The notes under the pieces were generated by a model that saw only the letters and a list, made by a program, of their open reading frames with translations, was not told the DNA's origin and did no database searches. A program made the position numbers and the translations under genes. From NCBI GenBank assembly GCA_044344255.1, contig JBIJDH010000002.1:224001-288000 (forward strand): DNA of 64,000 nucleotides, given 5' to 3'. Source of the stretch: Myxococcota bacterium (GTDB taxonomy: Bacteria > Myxococcota_A > UBA796 > UBA2385). This document shows, one piece after another, positions 9,250-18,114 of the stretch; position 1 is the stretch's first letter, and each line of letters opens with the position of its first letter.

Positions 9250-9278
9250 TTGCCGGGCCCCTTCGAACTCGCTAGGTG
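9250..9278 (+). promoter_or_regulatory. Putative sigma70-type promoter of tRNA-Arg
   Basis: TTGCCG (9250-9255), 17 nt spacer, TAGGTG (9273-9278), 9 nt before the tRNA. Confidence 0.5.
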
Positions 9279-9287
9279 GACCCCCAT

Positions 9288-9361
9288 ACTCCCGTAGCTC
9301 AGTTGGATAGAGCGACAGTTTCCTAAACTGTAGGTCGGCGGTTCGATCCCGCCCGGGGGTA
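9288..9361 (+). tRNA. tRNA-Arg(CCT)
   Basis: Cloverleaf: acceptor ACTCCCG/CGGGGGT, D arm GCTC-AGTTGGATA-GAGC (A20), anticodon arm ACAGT-TTCCTAA-ACTGT, T arm GGCGG-TTCGATC-CCGCC, discriminator A. CCA is not encoded. Confidence 0.97.
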
Positions 9362-9422
9362 CTTCGATTCGCCTGTTGAGGTGCTACGGTGCTCCCGTCG
9401 GTTGCTCCTCCGGAGATCATTC

Positions 9423-10007
9423 ATGTTCCTTTTGCTGTCCCTTGTCGCCTGTCGCAGCGGGAGCGGGGGGTTGAAGCCCACCGAGTTCGAGACGGTGGTC
9501 CTTGATGTGACCGAGTCTGGTGGCTTCGATGACGGTCAAGGCACGGCAGTGGCTTGGGCGCTCGACGAAGAAGCGGGCCTGATGCTGGTGACCGCGATGC
9601 AATACCAGACCGGCACGTCCGAGATCGTGGGTCGGATCGACGTCCCCGCCGAAGATGTGGCCTCCGCCTATGAGACGACCGTGCCCGTCCAGCTCGCGGA
9701 AGACGCAGTCGCTTGGCCCATCCTGGGCGCCCTCCTCACCGACGAGGCCGGCGCGGAGGCGCTCCCTGGCTGCTGCGCCGCGGTGCTCGCCGCCGGGGAC
9801 CCCTCCGTGAGGCTGCCCGAGGCCGTCTTCGTCGCCTCGGAGGGCACCCTCACCCTCACTCGGCCAGACGGTCCGGAGGACGACGTCGAAGCGGTCATCA
9901 CGCTCCAGCAGGTGAGCCGCCTCGGCCCCGGCGCGGCGCTGGTCGACGCGACGGTGGGGGTGCAGCTCTCTGGAACCCTCACCTTCCCGAGCGCCTTTAC
10001 GCCCTGA
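9423..10007 (+). CDS. Hypothetical lipoprotein
   Basis: GGAG RBS then MFLLLSLVAC lipobox, acidic beta-rich mature part, no recognised domain. Confidence 0.6.
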   Translation: MFLLLSLVACRSGSGGLKPTEFETVVLDVTESGGFDDGQGTAVAWALDEEAGLMLVTAMQYQTGTSEIVGRIDVPAEDVASAYETTVPVQLAEDAVAWPILGALLTDEAGAEALPGCCAAVLAAGDPSVRLPEAVFVASEGTLTLTRPDGPEDDVEAVITLQQVSRLGPGAALVDATVGVQLSGTLTFPSAFTP

Positions 10008-10044
10008 GCTCTGGCTGCGGGTCGCCGCGGAGCCCGAGCCGAGC

Positions 10045-10620
10045 TTAGAGGTGCACGCGGCCGGGGGCGTCGTTCGTACCTTCCGGGGTGTGGCAGGCGT
10101 TACACGCCCCGTCGGACTGCTCACCGAACATCTCCGACTCTACGCCGTCTTTGGAGACCTTGGCGGTGTAGGGCATGGCGATCGCGTCGTTGAACGAGAA
10201 GTTCCCGGCCCCGTTTGACGTGCTGGTGAAGACGTCGCCGTTCGCGTCGGTGATCGTGACCGTCACGCCGGTGACACCGTTGCAGTCGTCCGGCTCGGCG
10301 AGGAGGGTGTAGACGGTGCCAGCGGCCTTGAAGCGCGGACCCTCACCTTGGCTCTCGTGGCAGCCGATACAATCCATGCCCGGGTGCATCAGCGGCGACT
10401 CTTGATTGCCGCGGGTCCAGTATTCGTCGGAGTGGCACTGGGTCTGGTCGACGGACCCGGTGTCCGTGCCGCCATCGGTGCCGTCGGTTCCGTCCGTCCC
10501 GTCGGTTCCGTCCGTCCCGTCGTTGCCTCCGTTCCCGCTGTCCCCCTTGTTGGTGCAGCCGCTGAGCGTGACGACGGTGAGCAGGGTCACCATGAAGCCG
10601 CGGGTGATCATCGAACGCAT
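10045..10620 (-). CDS. Di-heme cytochrome c lipoprotein with carboxypeptidase-regulatory-like beta domain
   Basis: GGAG RBS, lipobox LSGC, (GTD)n linker, two CxxCH motifs (CIGCH, CNACH) flanking GVTVTITDANG...SNGAGNF. Confidence 0.8.
   Translation of the reverse strand: MRSMITRGFMVTLLTVVTLSGCTNKGDSGNGGNDGTDGTDGTDGTDGTDGGTDTGSVDQTQCHSDEYWTRGNQESPLMHPGMDCIGCHESQGEGPRFKAAGTVYTLLAEPDDCNGVTGVTVTITDANGDVFTSTSNGAGNFSFNDAIAMPYTAKVSKDGVESEMFGEQSDGACNACHTPEGTNDAPGRVHL
10470..10525. repeat. 9-nt-period coding repeat encoding (Gly-Thr-Asp)n linker
   Basis: ccgtcggtt/ccgtccgtc units; protein [18 protein letters not shown]. Confidence 0.85.
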
Positions 10621-10765
10621 GTGAGTCTCCTCCAGGCGCACAATGTCCGGTCGCCGCAGTCCTCGCATGTCCTCCGTCCTGGTCTCACAGAATCATAACG
10701 CTGGGTCGATGAGCCGGAGCGCACACCCGAGCCGCGCAGGGGCGCGTGGTTCGGGTGCCGGTGGG

Positions 10766-11524
10766 TCAGGGGCAATCGCCAGGGAGACCCTCTGGATCGC
10801 CCTGCTCGCACCACCAGGTCTCGGCCTGAGAGAGCGGACCTGCGTAGGGGTCGATGGGGGAGCCGGCGCTGTCTTGGAGCTCGAAGTGAAGGTGGGGCTG
10901 GGTGGAGAAGCCGCTGGAGCCGACCAGGCCGAGGGCGTCTCCCGCCTCAACGGTCTGGCCGAGCACCACGGCGACCGAGCCCTCCTTCATGTGCCAATAG
11001 AGCGTGCGATACCCTCCCTCGTGCTCCACGATCACGCGGTTGGCAATCCCGTCGTGACCGTCGCAGTTCACGGTGCCGGTGGTGAGGTCTCCGTGGCAAC
11101 GGTCGTAGTGGCCGTCCTCCACCTCGACCACGGTCCCGGCAGCCGCCGCGAGGATGGTGGCGCTCCCGTTGTCCATCTGGCTGAAGTTGCCCTCGAGGAG
11201 GTAGTCGCTGCCATCGTGCTCATCGTAGCAGTGGGGGAAGGAGCGTCCGAGGTAGTCCGCGCAGAGCAGCTCGGTGATCCCGGGGTCTTGGATGACGGGG
11301 TCGTGGTCGACGCCGAGGATGGTCTTGAACAGCTCCGCCTCGCGGAGCGGAAGGGCGAGCTGAAGGGGCGCGCGGAGCGTGAGGTCGGGCCCGGGATCAC
11401 CCGTGTCTCCCCGGTCGGCGCTGTCGCCGGTGGGCTCGACCTCGCCGCTGTCGTCGAGGGGATGGGACTGTGCTTTGTCCATGGTGGGAGGGCCGGAGTG
11501 ACAGGCGAGCAGCAGGAGGATCAT
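10766..11524 (-). CDS. M23-family metallopeptidase lipoprotein
   Basis: HDGSD, AAAAGTV, YWHM, GLVGSSGFSTQPHLHFE, IDPY motifs; signal MILLLLAC. ATGA overlap with the DoxX gene. Confidence 0.88.
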   Translation of the reverse strand: MILLLLACHSGPPTMDKAQSHPLDDSGEVEPTGDSADRGDTGDPGPDLTLRAPLQLALPLREAELFKTILGVDHDPVIQDPGITELLCADYLGRSFPHCYDEHDGSDYLLEGNFSQMDNGSATILAAAAGTVVEVEDGHYDRCHGDLTTGTVNCDGHDGIANRVIVEHEGGYRTLYWHMKEGSVAVVLGQTVEAGDALGLVGSSGFSTQPHLHFELQDSAGSPIDPYAGPLSQAETWWCEQGDPEGLPGDCP

Positions 11525-12012
11525 CGTTGTCCCACAGGTTTCCGATCGAAGGAGAGGGCCCCACCGCCCGTGAAGACCAGGGCGGTGAGCGCGAGGGCGA
11601 GGGTGAGTGGGGCCTCCGCCGCGTGGACGCCGCCTCCGCTGCGGAGGCCGACCACCGCGTCCACGCTGGCGACCACGACCAGCAGCGCGGCCGCCACCCG
11701 GGTGGTCAGCCCGGCGCCCAACAGCGCCCCCGCGCCGAGGCGCACGAAGACGGAGACAGCGCCGGCCTCCAGGTGCGCTTTGGGGTGAAAGCCGATGAAG
11801 TCAATGGACGCCCCGATGGCAACCCACGTCTCTTCTCCAGAGGTGGCCTCCGACCAGGCGCGCGAGAGCAGGAGCCCCGCGAGCCCGAGGCGGAGGAGGA
11901 GGACGCCGACGTCGGCCGCGCCCGCGGAGGGGGCCCCAGCGGCTCGGGCAGCTCCGCCGGCCTTGCCGCGCGCTCCGCGCTTGGCGCTGGACTTCGGGGT
12001 CGCTTCTGCCAT
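11521..12012 (-). CDS. DoxX-family membrane protein
   Basis: LLLRLGLAGLLL, GL.TRVAA.LL, TGGGALSFD motifs and four hydrophobic segments. Start uncertain. Confidence 0.7.
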   Translation of the reverse strand: MAEATPKSSAKRGARGKAGGAARAAGAPSAGAADVGVLLLRLGLAGLLLSRAWSEATSGEETWVAIGASIDFIGFHPKAHLEAGAVSVFVRLGAGALLGAGLTTRVAAALLVVVASVDAVVGLRSGGGVHAAEAPLTLALALTALVFTGGGALSFDRKPVGQR

Positions 12013-12113
12013 CGGGTACTCCAGCGACGGTTCACGCTCTCCGCGGCGACCCGCATCGGCGCTCTCCACGTCGGAGTTGGATAGCCTGCGGGGGGGGAGC
12101 CCGGGGGTGTGGC

Positions 12114-13769
12114 ATGGAGAGCGAGACTCAAGGAGGGGAGGCGAGGGACCGCCCGGGCGCGCCGGCCCCGGAGCCGGGGCTACCGTGGGCAGCCATTCTG
12201 GCCGCGATCACCGCGGTCACCTATTTACCGGCGCTGGGTGCCGGCTTTGTTTGGGATGACGCGCGCCTGATCCTTGATAATTCGAGGTGGGGCGAAGCCG
12301 GGGCGCCGCTTTCGCTGTTCCTGGGGGGGTTGTGGGATGGTGTCCCCGGAGAGGCCGTCAACCCCAGCTACTACCGACCGATCCTGTTGCTCTCCCTCTG
12401 GTTTGATCGGCAGCTCGGCGGCGCGGCATGGGTGGGGCACGCCCAGTCTTGGCTCTGGCACCTCCTCAACGTGGGCCTGCTCGTGCGGGCCCTCCGCGCC
12501 CGCGGACTCGGGACCGCCGGGGTGGTGGCCGGGGGCCTCTTCTTCGCCCTGCACCCGGTGCAGGTCGAGGCGGTCGCCTTTCAGAGCGCTCGGAATGACC
12601 TCCTCGTGACGAGCGGCCTCTTGGTCGGGATCCTGCTCGAGGGGCGGGCGCTAGCCCTCTTCGCGTTCCTCTTCGCGGCGCTCTCCAAAGAGTCGGCGTT
12701 GCTCGCACCCCTGCTCGTGATCTGTTGGAGGGGAGAGCTTCGGGGGGGAGCGCGGGCCTGGATGCTGGCCGGTGGGGCGGTGCTCCTCGCCTTGGCCGCC
12801 CGCGCCGCGGCAGGCGTGCCCTTTGACCACGTCCCTTGGAACCCCGAGGCGCTCCTCTCGCTCCCTTCCTTGTCGCGCGACATCCTGTGGCCGGTCGGCC
12901 TGGCACCGGGTGAGGGCATCGCTTGGAGCCAGTCCGCGTCGCCAGCCTGGGCGCTCGGCCTGCTCGTCTTGACCCTCGCCGCCGGCGTCGTCGGGGGGCC
13001 CGTGTCTCGATGGGGGGCGCTCTTCGCGGGGCTCGCCTTCGCGCCGACCCTGGCAGGGATCTCTTGGAACGGGCTGCTCGCCGATCGATACCTCTACTTA
13101 CCGATGCTTGGAGCGGCGCTGGCCTTCGGTGCGGCCGCCGACCGCCTGCCGGGGCGCTCGGCGCGGAGCCTGTCCCCGCTCGCCTTCCTGGGCGCGGTCG
13201 GCGTCTTCGCGGCGCTCCGGCCCTGGTCGGATAACGCCGCCCTCTGGTCGGCGATGGTCAAGGCCCACCCGAGCCCGTACACTTGGTCGGGCTACGCTCA
13301 GACTCGCGAGGTGGACGGCGATCTCGACGGCGCCGCAGCGGCCTGGCACGAGGCCGTGGGCGCTCCGCGGCCGATGCCGATCGCTTGCTTTCGGGTGGCC
13401 GCGATCCAGCTCGAGCGAGGCGAGCCTGCGGCGGCGGCGGCGGAGGGGCGAAGGGCCCTCGATAACGGCTGCGCGAGGAGCCCCGAGCTCCTCGCGCCGA
13501 CAGCCCTCGGGCTCGCGGTCGGGGGGGAGTGGTCGGCCGCCGTCGCCCTCGTCGCGGATGTCGATCGTGACCCCACCGGCCTCGCGGTGCTGGTGCGGGT
13601 GAGCGAGGCGGCGCTCCGCGGAGACCTCGATCCGCTCCGCGCTGCCGCCAGAGAGCCCTCCGCAGGTGGGGCGCCCCTCGCCGATCAGGTGGCCTTCCTG
13701 CTCGATCAGGCGGGAGAGCCCGCTGCGTCGGCGCGGGTTCGGGCGGCAGACCTCCCGCCCGCGCGCTGA
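12114..13769 (+). CDS. GT-C-fold membrane glycosyltransferase resembling TMTC/DUF1736 protein O-mannosyltransferases, with C-terminal TPR-like region
   Basis: GFVWDD..LI..N, YYRP, HLLN, FALHPVQVEAV...SARND, ALSKES, ADRYLYLP, W.DN..LW motifs and many TM segments. Confidence 0.75.
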   Translation: MESETQGGEARDRPGAPAPEPGLPWAAILAAITAVTYLPALGAGFVWDDARLILDNSRWGEAGAPLSLFLGGLWDGVPGEAVNPSYYRPILLLSLWFDRQLGGAAWVGHAQSWLWHLLNVGLLVRALRARGLGTAGVVAGGLFFALHPVQVEAVAFQSARNDLLVTSGLLVGILLEGRALALFAFLFAALSKESALLAPLLVICWRGELRGGARAWMLAGGAVLLALAARAAAGVPFDHVPWNPEALLSLPSLSRDILWPVGLAPGEGIAWSQSASPAWALGLLVLTLAAGVVGGPVSRWGALFAGLAFAPTLAGISWNGLLADRYLYLPMLGAALAFGAAADRLPGRSARSLSPLAFLGAVGVFAALRPWSDNAALWSAMVKAHPSPYTWSGYAQTREVDGDLDGAAAAWHEAVGAPRPMPIACFRVAAIQLERGEPAAAAAEGRRALDNGCARSPELLAPTALGLAVGGEWSAAVALVADVDRDPTGLAVLVRVSEAALRGDLDPLRAAAREPSAGGAPLADQVAFLLDQAGEPAASARVRAADLPPAR

Positions 13770-13774
13770 GCCGC

Positions 13775-15016
13775 TCAGACGGCGAGGTCGCCCGCGGTGC
13801 GCTGGCGCAGGGCCGCCCGGACCAGGAAGAGCGAGAGTACCAGCACTCCGCCCGCGACGAAGAAGGGCGCCCGAGGGCCGACGCCCGCGTAGAGGAACCC
13901 ACCGAGGGTGGGCCCGATCACCCGCGCGATCGCGCTCATCGACTGGTTCGTGCCGAGCACGAAGCCCTGCTCGGAGGGGGCTGTCCCTTGAGAGATGAGG
14001 GCGTTCAAGCTCGGGTTGGTGATACTCTGCCCCACGGAGATGACCAGGAAGGAGCCGAGCATCGGCAGCGTCGGCGGCAGCTCGGGGAGCAAGAAGAGGC
14101 CGACCGCGAGGATGACGACGCCCGCGATGACGAGGGGCCCCTCGCCGTACCGCTTGACGAGGCGGCGGATGAGCCCGCCCTGGATGATGATGGCGGACAA
14201 GCCTACGACGCCGAACATCCGCCCGACGTGGACCGCGTCGAGCCCGTGGACGTGCTTTGCGAAGAGCGTGAATGTGCTCTCCATCAGGGCGAAGGCCGAG
14301 GTGAGCACAAAGGTGAGCACGACACAGAGGCCCACCACCGGGTGCCGCGCCACCGCCAAGAAGGCGGCGGGGCTGAGAGAGCGCTGATGCCCTTCGCTCG
14401 GGCCGGGCTTGCGGGTCTCAGGGAGGAGGAAGAAGGCCAGCGCGAAGTTTAGGAAAGAGAGGCCGGCGGCCACGAGCAGCGGCACGTGGTAGCCGAACCG
14501 GGAGAGCTCACCCCCAAGGAAGGGGCCGACGGTGAAGCCGAAGCCGAAGGCCGCGCCGATCAGACCCATCCCCATCGCCCGGTTGGCGGGGGTGGTGAGG
14601 TCGGCCATGCAGGCTTGAGCTGTCGAGATGTTGGCGGTGGCCGCGCCGTGCAGCGTGCGGAACAGGAAGAGGAGGCCGAGGGTGGGGGCGAGGCCAAAGG
14701 CCAGCAGGCCCACCGCCGTGGCGAAGGTGCTGAACAGCATGATCGGGCGCCGGCCGTGGCGGTCCGACAGGCGACCCCACACCGGAGCCATCAAGAACTG
14801 GGCCAGGGAGTAGGTCGCCATCAGCCACGTCACCTGGGCGGGCGTCGCTCCGTACTCCTCGGCGAAGTAGGGCAGTAACGGGATGACAATTCCGAAACCG
14901 ACGAGATCCAGGCAGACCGTGAGGAGCACAGGGATGAAGGCCCGGTTCATCGGGAGGCGGGCCTTGGCCGGCTCGGCGGCGGCTTCACCCGCGAGGGGAT
15001 CGGATTCTGTGGGCAT
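13775..15016 (-). CDS. MFS transporter (TetA/DHA1-like)
   Basis: LDLVGFGIVIPLLP, WGRLSDRHGRRP motif A, GFTVGPFLGG, 12 TM segments. Confidence 0.9.
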   Translation of the reverse strand: MPTESDPLAGEAAAEPAKARLPMNRAFIPVLLTVCLDLVGFGIVIPLLPYFAEEYGATPAQVTWLMATYSLAQFLMAPVWGRLSDRHGRRPIMLFSTFATAVGLLAFGLAPTLGLLFLFRTLHGAATANISTAQACMADLTTPANRAMGMGLIGAAFGFGFTVGPFLGGELSRFGYHVPLLVAAGLSFLNFALAFFLLPETRKPGPSEGHQRSLSPAAFLAVARHPVVGLCVVLTFVLTSAFALMESTFTLFAKHVHGLDAVHVGRMFGVVGLSAIIIQGGLIRRLVKRYGEGPLVIAGVVILAVGLFLLPELPPTLPMLGSFLVISVGQSITNPSLNALISQGTAPSEQGFVLGTNQSMSAIARVIGPTLGGFLYAGVGPRAPFFVAGGVLVLSLFLVRAALRQRTAGDLAV

Positions 15017-15019
15017 GGA

Positions 15020-15844
15020 TCACCGGTTCATGACGGCCCGAAGGTCATCGTGGATGTGGCCGTTGGTGCAGACGATTCCGTCCACCAGCGGCTTCGGGGC
15101 GTTGAACTGAAAGGGGAGGCCATGGCGGTCTGTGCACCGACCCCCCGCAGCGTGGACCACCGCCACACCGCCCGCGATGTCCCACTCGTGGCGAGGCTGG
15201 GGCGTGAAGGTGGCCTCGGCCTGACCGGCGGCGACAAGACCAAACTTGTAGGCGACCGAGCCCACGGGGACCGGGACCACCCCTTGGTCGGCGTACTGGT
15301 CAAACCAACCCTTCTTCATCTCTGTTCGTGAGCAGACAATCCGGGCACCTTGGACGGTCGGGTGCGCGCTCACGCCCATCGGGGCCCCGTTGAACAGCGC
15401 GCGGCGACCGTCGCTGCCCCCGATGAGGCCCGCGAAGAGCTGCTCCTGGATCGGGTTGTACAGCACGCCGAGCAGGGCCTCCCCATCGACGACGAGGCTG
15501 ATCGACACGACGAATTCTGGAATGCCGAGCGTGAATTCCTTGGTGCCGTCCACCGGATCGATGATCCAGACCGCGCGTCGCTCCAGCCGTTCAGCGGTGT
15601 CGGCGGTCTCTTCGGACAGCCACCCGAATTCGGGGAAGGCGCCACGGAGCCGCCGCTCCAGGATGTCGTTGCTGGCGAGATCCGCGTCGGTGAGCGGGTT
15701 GTCTTCGCCCTTGTCCTTTACGGTGTAGGCGTCCTTGTAGAAACCTCGGACCGCGGCGCCCGCCTCTCGCGCGGCGGAGACCGCGACATCAAAGGCAGCC
15801 TCGAGGACGGTCGGCGAGAGGAAGCGCTGGGCAGGGGCGGACAT
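15020..15844 (-). CDS. cysQ: 3'(2'),5'-bisphosphate nucleotidase CysQ / inositol monophosphatase family
   Basis: PLTDAD, WLSEE, WIIDPVDGTKEF, EWDIAGG motifs. Confidence 0.8.
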   Translation of the reverse strand: MSAPAQRFLSPTVLEAAFDVAVSAAREAGAAVRGFYKDAYTVKDKGEDNPLTDADLASNDILERRLRGAFPEFGWLSEETADTAERLERRAVWIIDPVDGTKEFTLGIPEFVVSISLVVDGEALLGVLYNPIQEQLFAGLIGGSDGRRALFNGAPMGVSAHPTVQGARIVCSRTEMKKGWFDQYADQGVVPVPVGSVAYKFGLVAAGQAEATFTPQPRHEWDIAGGVAVVHAAGGRCTDRHGLPFQFNAPKPLVDGIVCTNGHIHDDLRAVMNR

Positions 15845-15883
15845 GGGGACCTCGGACGGGGCGGCCCGTTAACCCGGCCGCAC

Positions 15884-17371
15884 TCACTCCGGGCGACGAC
15901 GGTGCACGAGGAAGAGGTCGTCCAGTCCGTCGTCGTTGAGGTCGCCTGTGCGCACGATCTCGCCAGTGCCCAGGAACTGCTCGGCGCTCTCGAAGATGAG
16001 GCGCGCGTCTCCCGCGTCCATCAGCGGCCGCCAACCGGCAAAGCTGGCCGCACCCGGGAAGAGATACAAGGCGCCCGCGTGGTAGGCCGAGGGACTGTCG
16101 TCCTCGGTCGGGTTTCGGTGCGGGGCGCCGGCGAGGAGGTCGCTGCGGCCGTCGCCGTCGAGGTCGGTCAAGCGGACGGTGGACCCGAAGGCGTCCGCGG
16201 GCCCCTCGCCGATGATCCGATGGTCGGGCGCGGAGCTCACGGCGCCGGCCTCGGCCCCCAGGCCGCCCGCCCGGAGGCCGTCGCCCTCCCAGATCGCCGC
16301 GAGGCCGGTGGCGCCCTCGAAGCCGGGCGCCCCGGCGACCACCTCGGCGAGGCCGTCTCCATCGATGTCGCCCGAGGCCACCGACCAGCCGAGCCAGGCC
16401 TCCTCCGTGCGGCCCTCGAAGCGGAGGATCGCGCGCTGGTCGAGGTCACCGCCGACCGGCGCGTCGCCGCCCGCGAGGAGGTAGACCGAGCCTTCTCCGG
16501 GCCGCTCGAGATCGGTGAAGGGAGCGCCGATGAGGAGGTCGACCGCCCCGTCCCCGTCGAGGTCATGGTCGCAGGACAGGGCGGCGCCGGAGCGCATGCC
16601 GACCGTCGAGCCCGTCCAGATCGCTGTGGCGGCGCCGACGAGCACCGCCCCCGGCGCGCCGTCCGGGGTGAGGGCCTCGATGGTCCGGCTGGTGAACAGC
16701 GCGGTGGTCCCCGCATAGTTGGCCGCTGCGCTGTCGATGGAGGCGGAGATCAGCCACTCCGCGCGCCCGTCAGCGTCCATGTCGCCGCAGGCGGCCTGGA
16801 CCCGCCCGAGCTCCCCCGAGCTGGACTCGCCCGAGACCCGCAGCAGCCAGTGCTCGGAGACCGAGGCGGCGGCTGGCAGCGCGCTCATGGGGCCGGGGAC
16901 GAGGTAGGCCGCGCCGTCGTGGTGGGTCGTGTCGGTCAGGTTTCGCTCCGGGGCGCCGATCAGCAGGTCGCGCTCGCCGTCGCCGCTGAGGTCGGGCCCG
17001 AGGATAAGGCTGCGTCCGAACTGGTCGCCGGGCGCTTCTCCGGAGAGCGTGTGGGTCTTGCCGCTGAGCCACGCCGAGGGGGAGGGCGAGAGCAGCTCGA
17101 CCTCATCGCGCGCGGGAATGCCGAGCAGGAGGCCATCGGGGGAGGCGGCGAGGTCCCAGTCGGAGCCCTTGCTGACCCCACCCTCATAGATCCAGTCTGC
17201 CGACTCGAGGGGGAGGCGGGTTCCCTCGGGGATCAGGCCGGTGCCGAGGTGGATCGCCGCTTGCGCCGCGGTGTAGTCCTCCGCGCAGCCCACGCCCGTG
17301 CACTCCCCTCGACACGCGGGGAGGAGGCCGGCCGCGGCGCTCAGCCCGAGGAGCAGGCAGAGGCGCCGCAT
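15884..17371 (-). CDS. FG-GAP (integrin-alpha-like beta-propeller) repeat lipoprotein
   Basis: Multiple DxDGDGxxDLLIGAP repeats with FG/LG..GA.Y; lipobox LPAC. Confidence 0.85.
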   Translation of the reverse strand: MRRLCLLLGLSAAAGLLPACRGECTGVGCAEDYTAAQAAIHLGTGLIPEGTRLPLESADWIYEGGVSKGSDWDLAASPDGLLLGIPARDEVELLSPSPSAWLSGKTHTLSGEAPGDQFGRSLILGPDLSGDGERDLLIGAPERNLTDTTHHDGAAYLVPGPMSALPAAASVSEHWLLRVSGESSSGELGRVQAACGDMDADGRAEWLISASIDSAAANYAGTTALFTSRTIEALTPDGAPGAVLVGAATAIWTGSTVGMRSGAALSCDHDLDGDGAVDLLIGAPFTDLERPGEGSVYLLAGGDAPVGGDLDQRAILRFEGRTEEAWLGWSVASGDIDGDGLAEVVAGAPGFEGATGLAAIWEGDGLRAGGLGAEAGAVSSAPDHRIIGEGPADAFGSTVRLTDLDGDGRSDLLAGAPHRNPTEDDSPSAYHAGALYLFPGAASFAGWRPLMDAGDARLIFESAEQFLGTGEIVRTGDLNDDGLDDLFLVHRRRPE

Positions 17372-17385
17372 CGGGACGACGATCT

Positions 17386-18075
17386 TCAGCCCTTCTGGGG
17401 GGCGGGGAGCTGCACGGCCGGGCCGACCGGAGGCATCGGCGGCTTCCCACCGTCGGCGGGGGTGGTCGGGGGCGGTGTGGTCGGGGTCGGGTCGGGGACC
17501 TTGGCCGGAGGCGCCACGGTGAGCCCCTGGTCGGGGGCGGCGCTCCAGAGCGGGGCCGCGCCTTGCTCGTAGACCGCCTTGGCCGCGACGTTACCGGGGT
17601 AAATCTGGCCGACGTCGAGCAAGATCGTCTCGACGGAGACCACACGCTCGAACTTGTTCTCGGCCTTGAAGGTCACCTCATACACACCCGACTGGAGGCC
17701 GTGGATCGCGCCGTTGGTGAGCGGCCCGATCACGCCGATTCGCGTCCCGTTCACCGAGACCTCGGCGAAGCTCGACATGGTGTTGAGGATGGGCAGCGCG
17801 GCCGCGCCCGGGCTGGTGACCCCGGTGGCGCCCGCGGGGGCGCTGTGACGGACGGCCAGGGCGCCCTTGGGCTTGAGGTTGGCGCCCACCGTGGCGGGAT
17901 CCACGAACAAGCTGCGAAAATTTTCGATTCCGCCCGTCGAGAGCTTGGTGTCGACCGGGTAGGTCAGCGGGCGGCTGGGCAGCGACGGGCTCTGCTGCGG
18001 ACCGGCCTCGGCGTGGGGAGCGGCGAGGGCGACGAGGAGGGGACCGAGGAAGAGTGCAGACACGGGTGGCTCCAC
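17386..18075 (-). CDS. Secreted hypothetical protein with PEGA-like beta domain and Pro/Thr-rich tail
   Basis: Signal peptide ..PHAEA; AEVSVNGTRIG...L.SGVYEVTF resembles PEGA; C-terminal PTPTTPPPTTP. Confidence 0.55.
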   Translation of the reverse strand: MEPPVSALFLGPLLVALAAPHAEAGPQQSPSLPSRPLTYPVDTKLSTGGIENFRSLFVDPATVGANLKPKGALAVRHSAPAGATGVTSPGAAALPILNTMSSFAEVSVNGTRIGVIGPLTNGAIHGLQSGVYEVTFKAENKFERVVSVETILLDVGQIYPGNVAAKAVYEQGAAPLWSAAPDQGLTVAPPAKVPDPTPTTPPPTTPADGGKPPMPPVGPAVQLPAPQKG

Positions 18076-18114
18076 CGGAGGGCGACGGCCCTCCTTTTTG
18101 ACCTGCGCGAGGAC

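Noticed and set aside
9220..9420. N-terminal extension of the PHP ORF to 9420
   Set aside because: It runs antisense through the tRNA-Arg gene. ATG 9219 with a -10 box is the better start.
9362..13769. Possible genomic island inserted at tRNA-Arg
   Set aside because: No integrase, transposase or duplicated tRNA 3' end seen. The slightly more T-ending codons were judged by eye only and are insufficient evidence.
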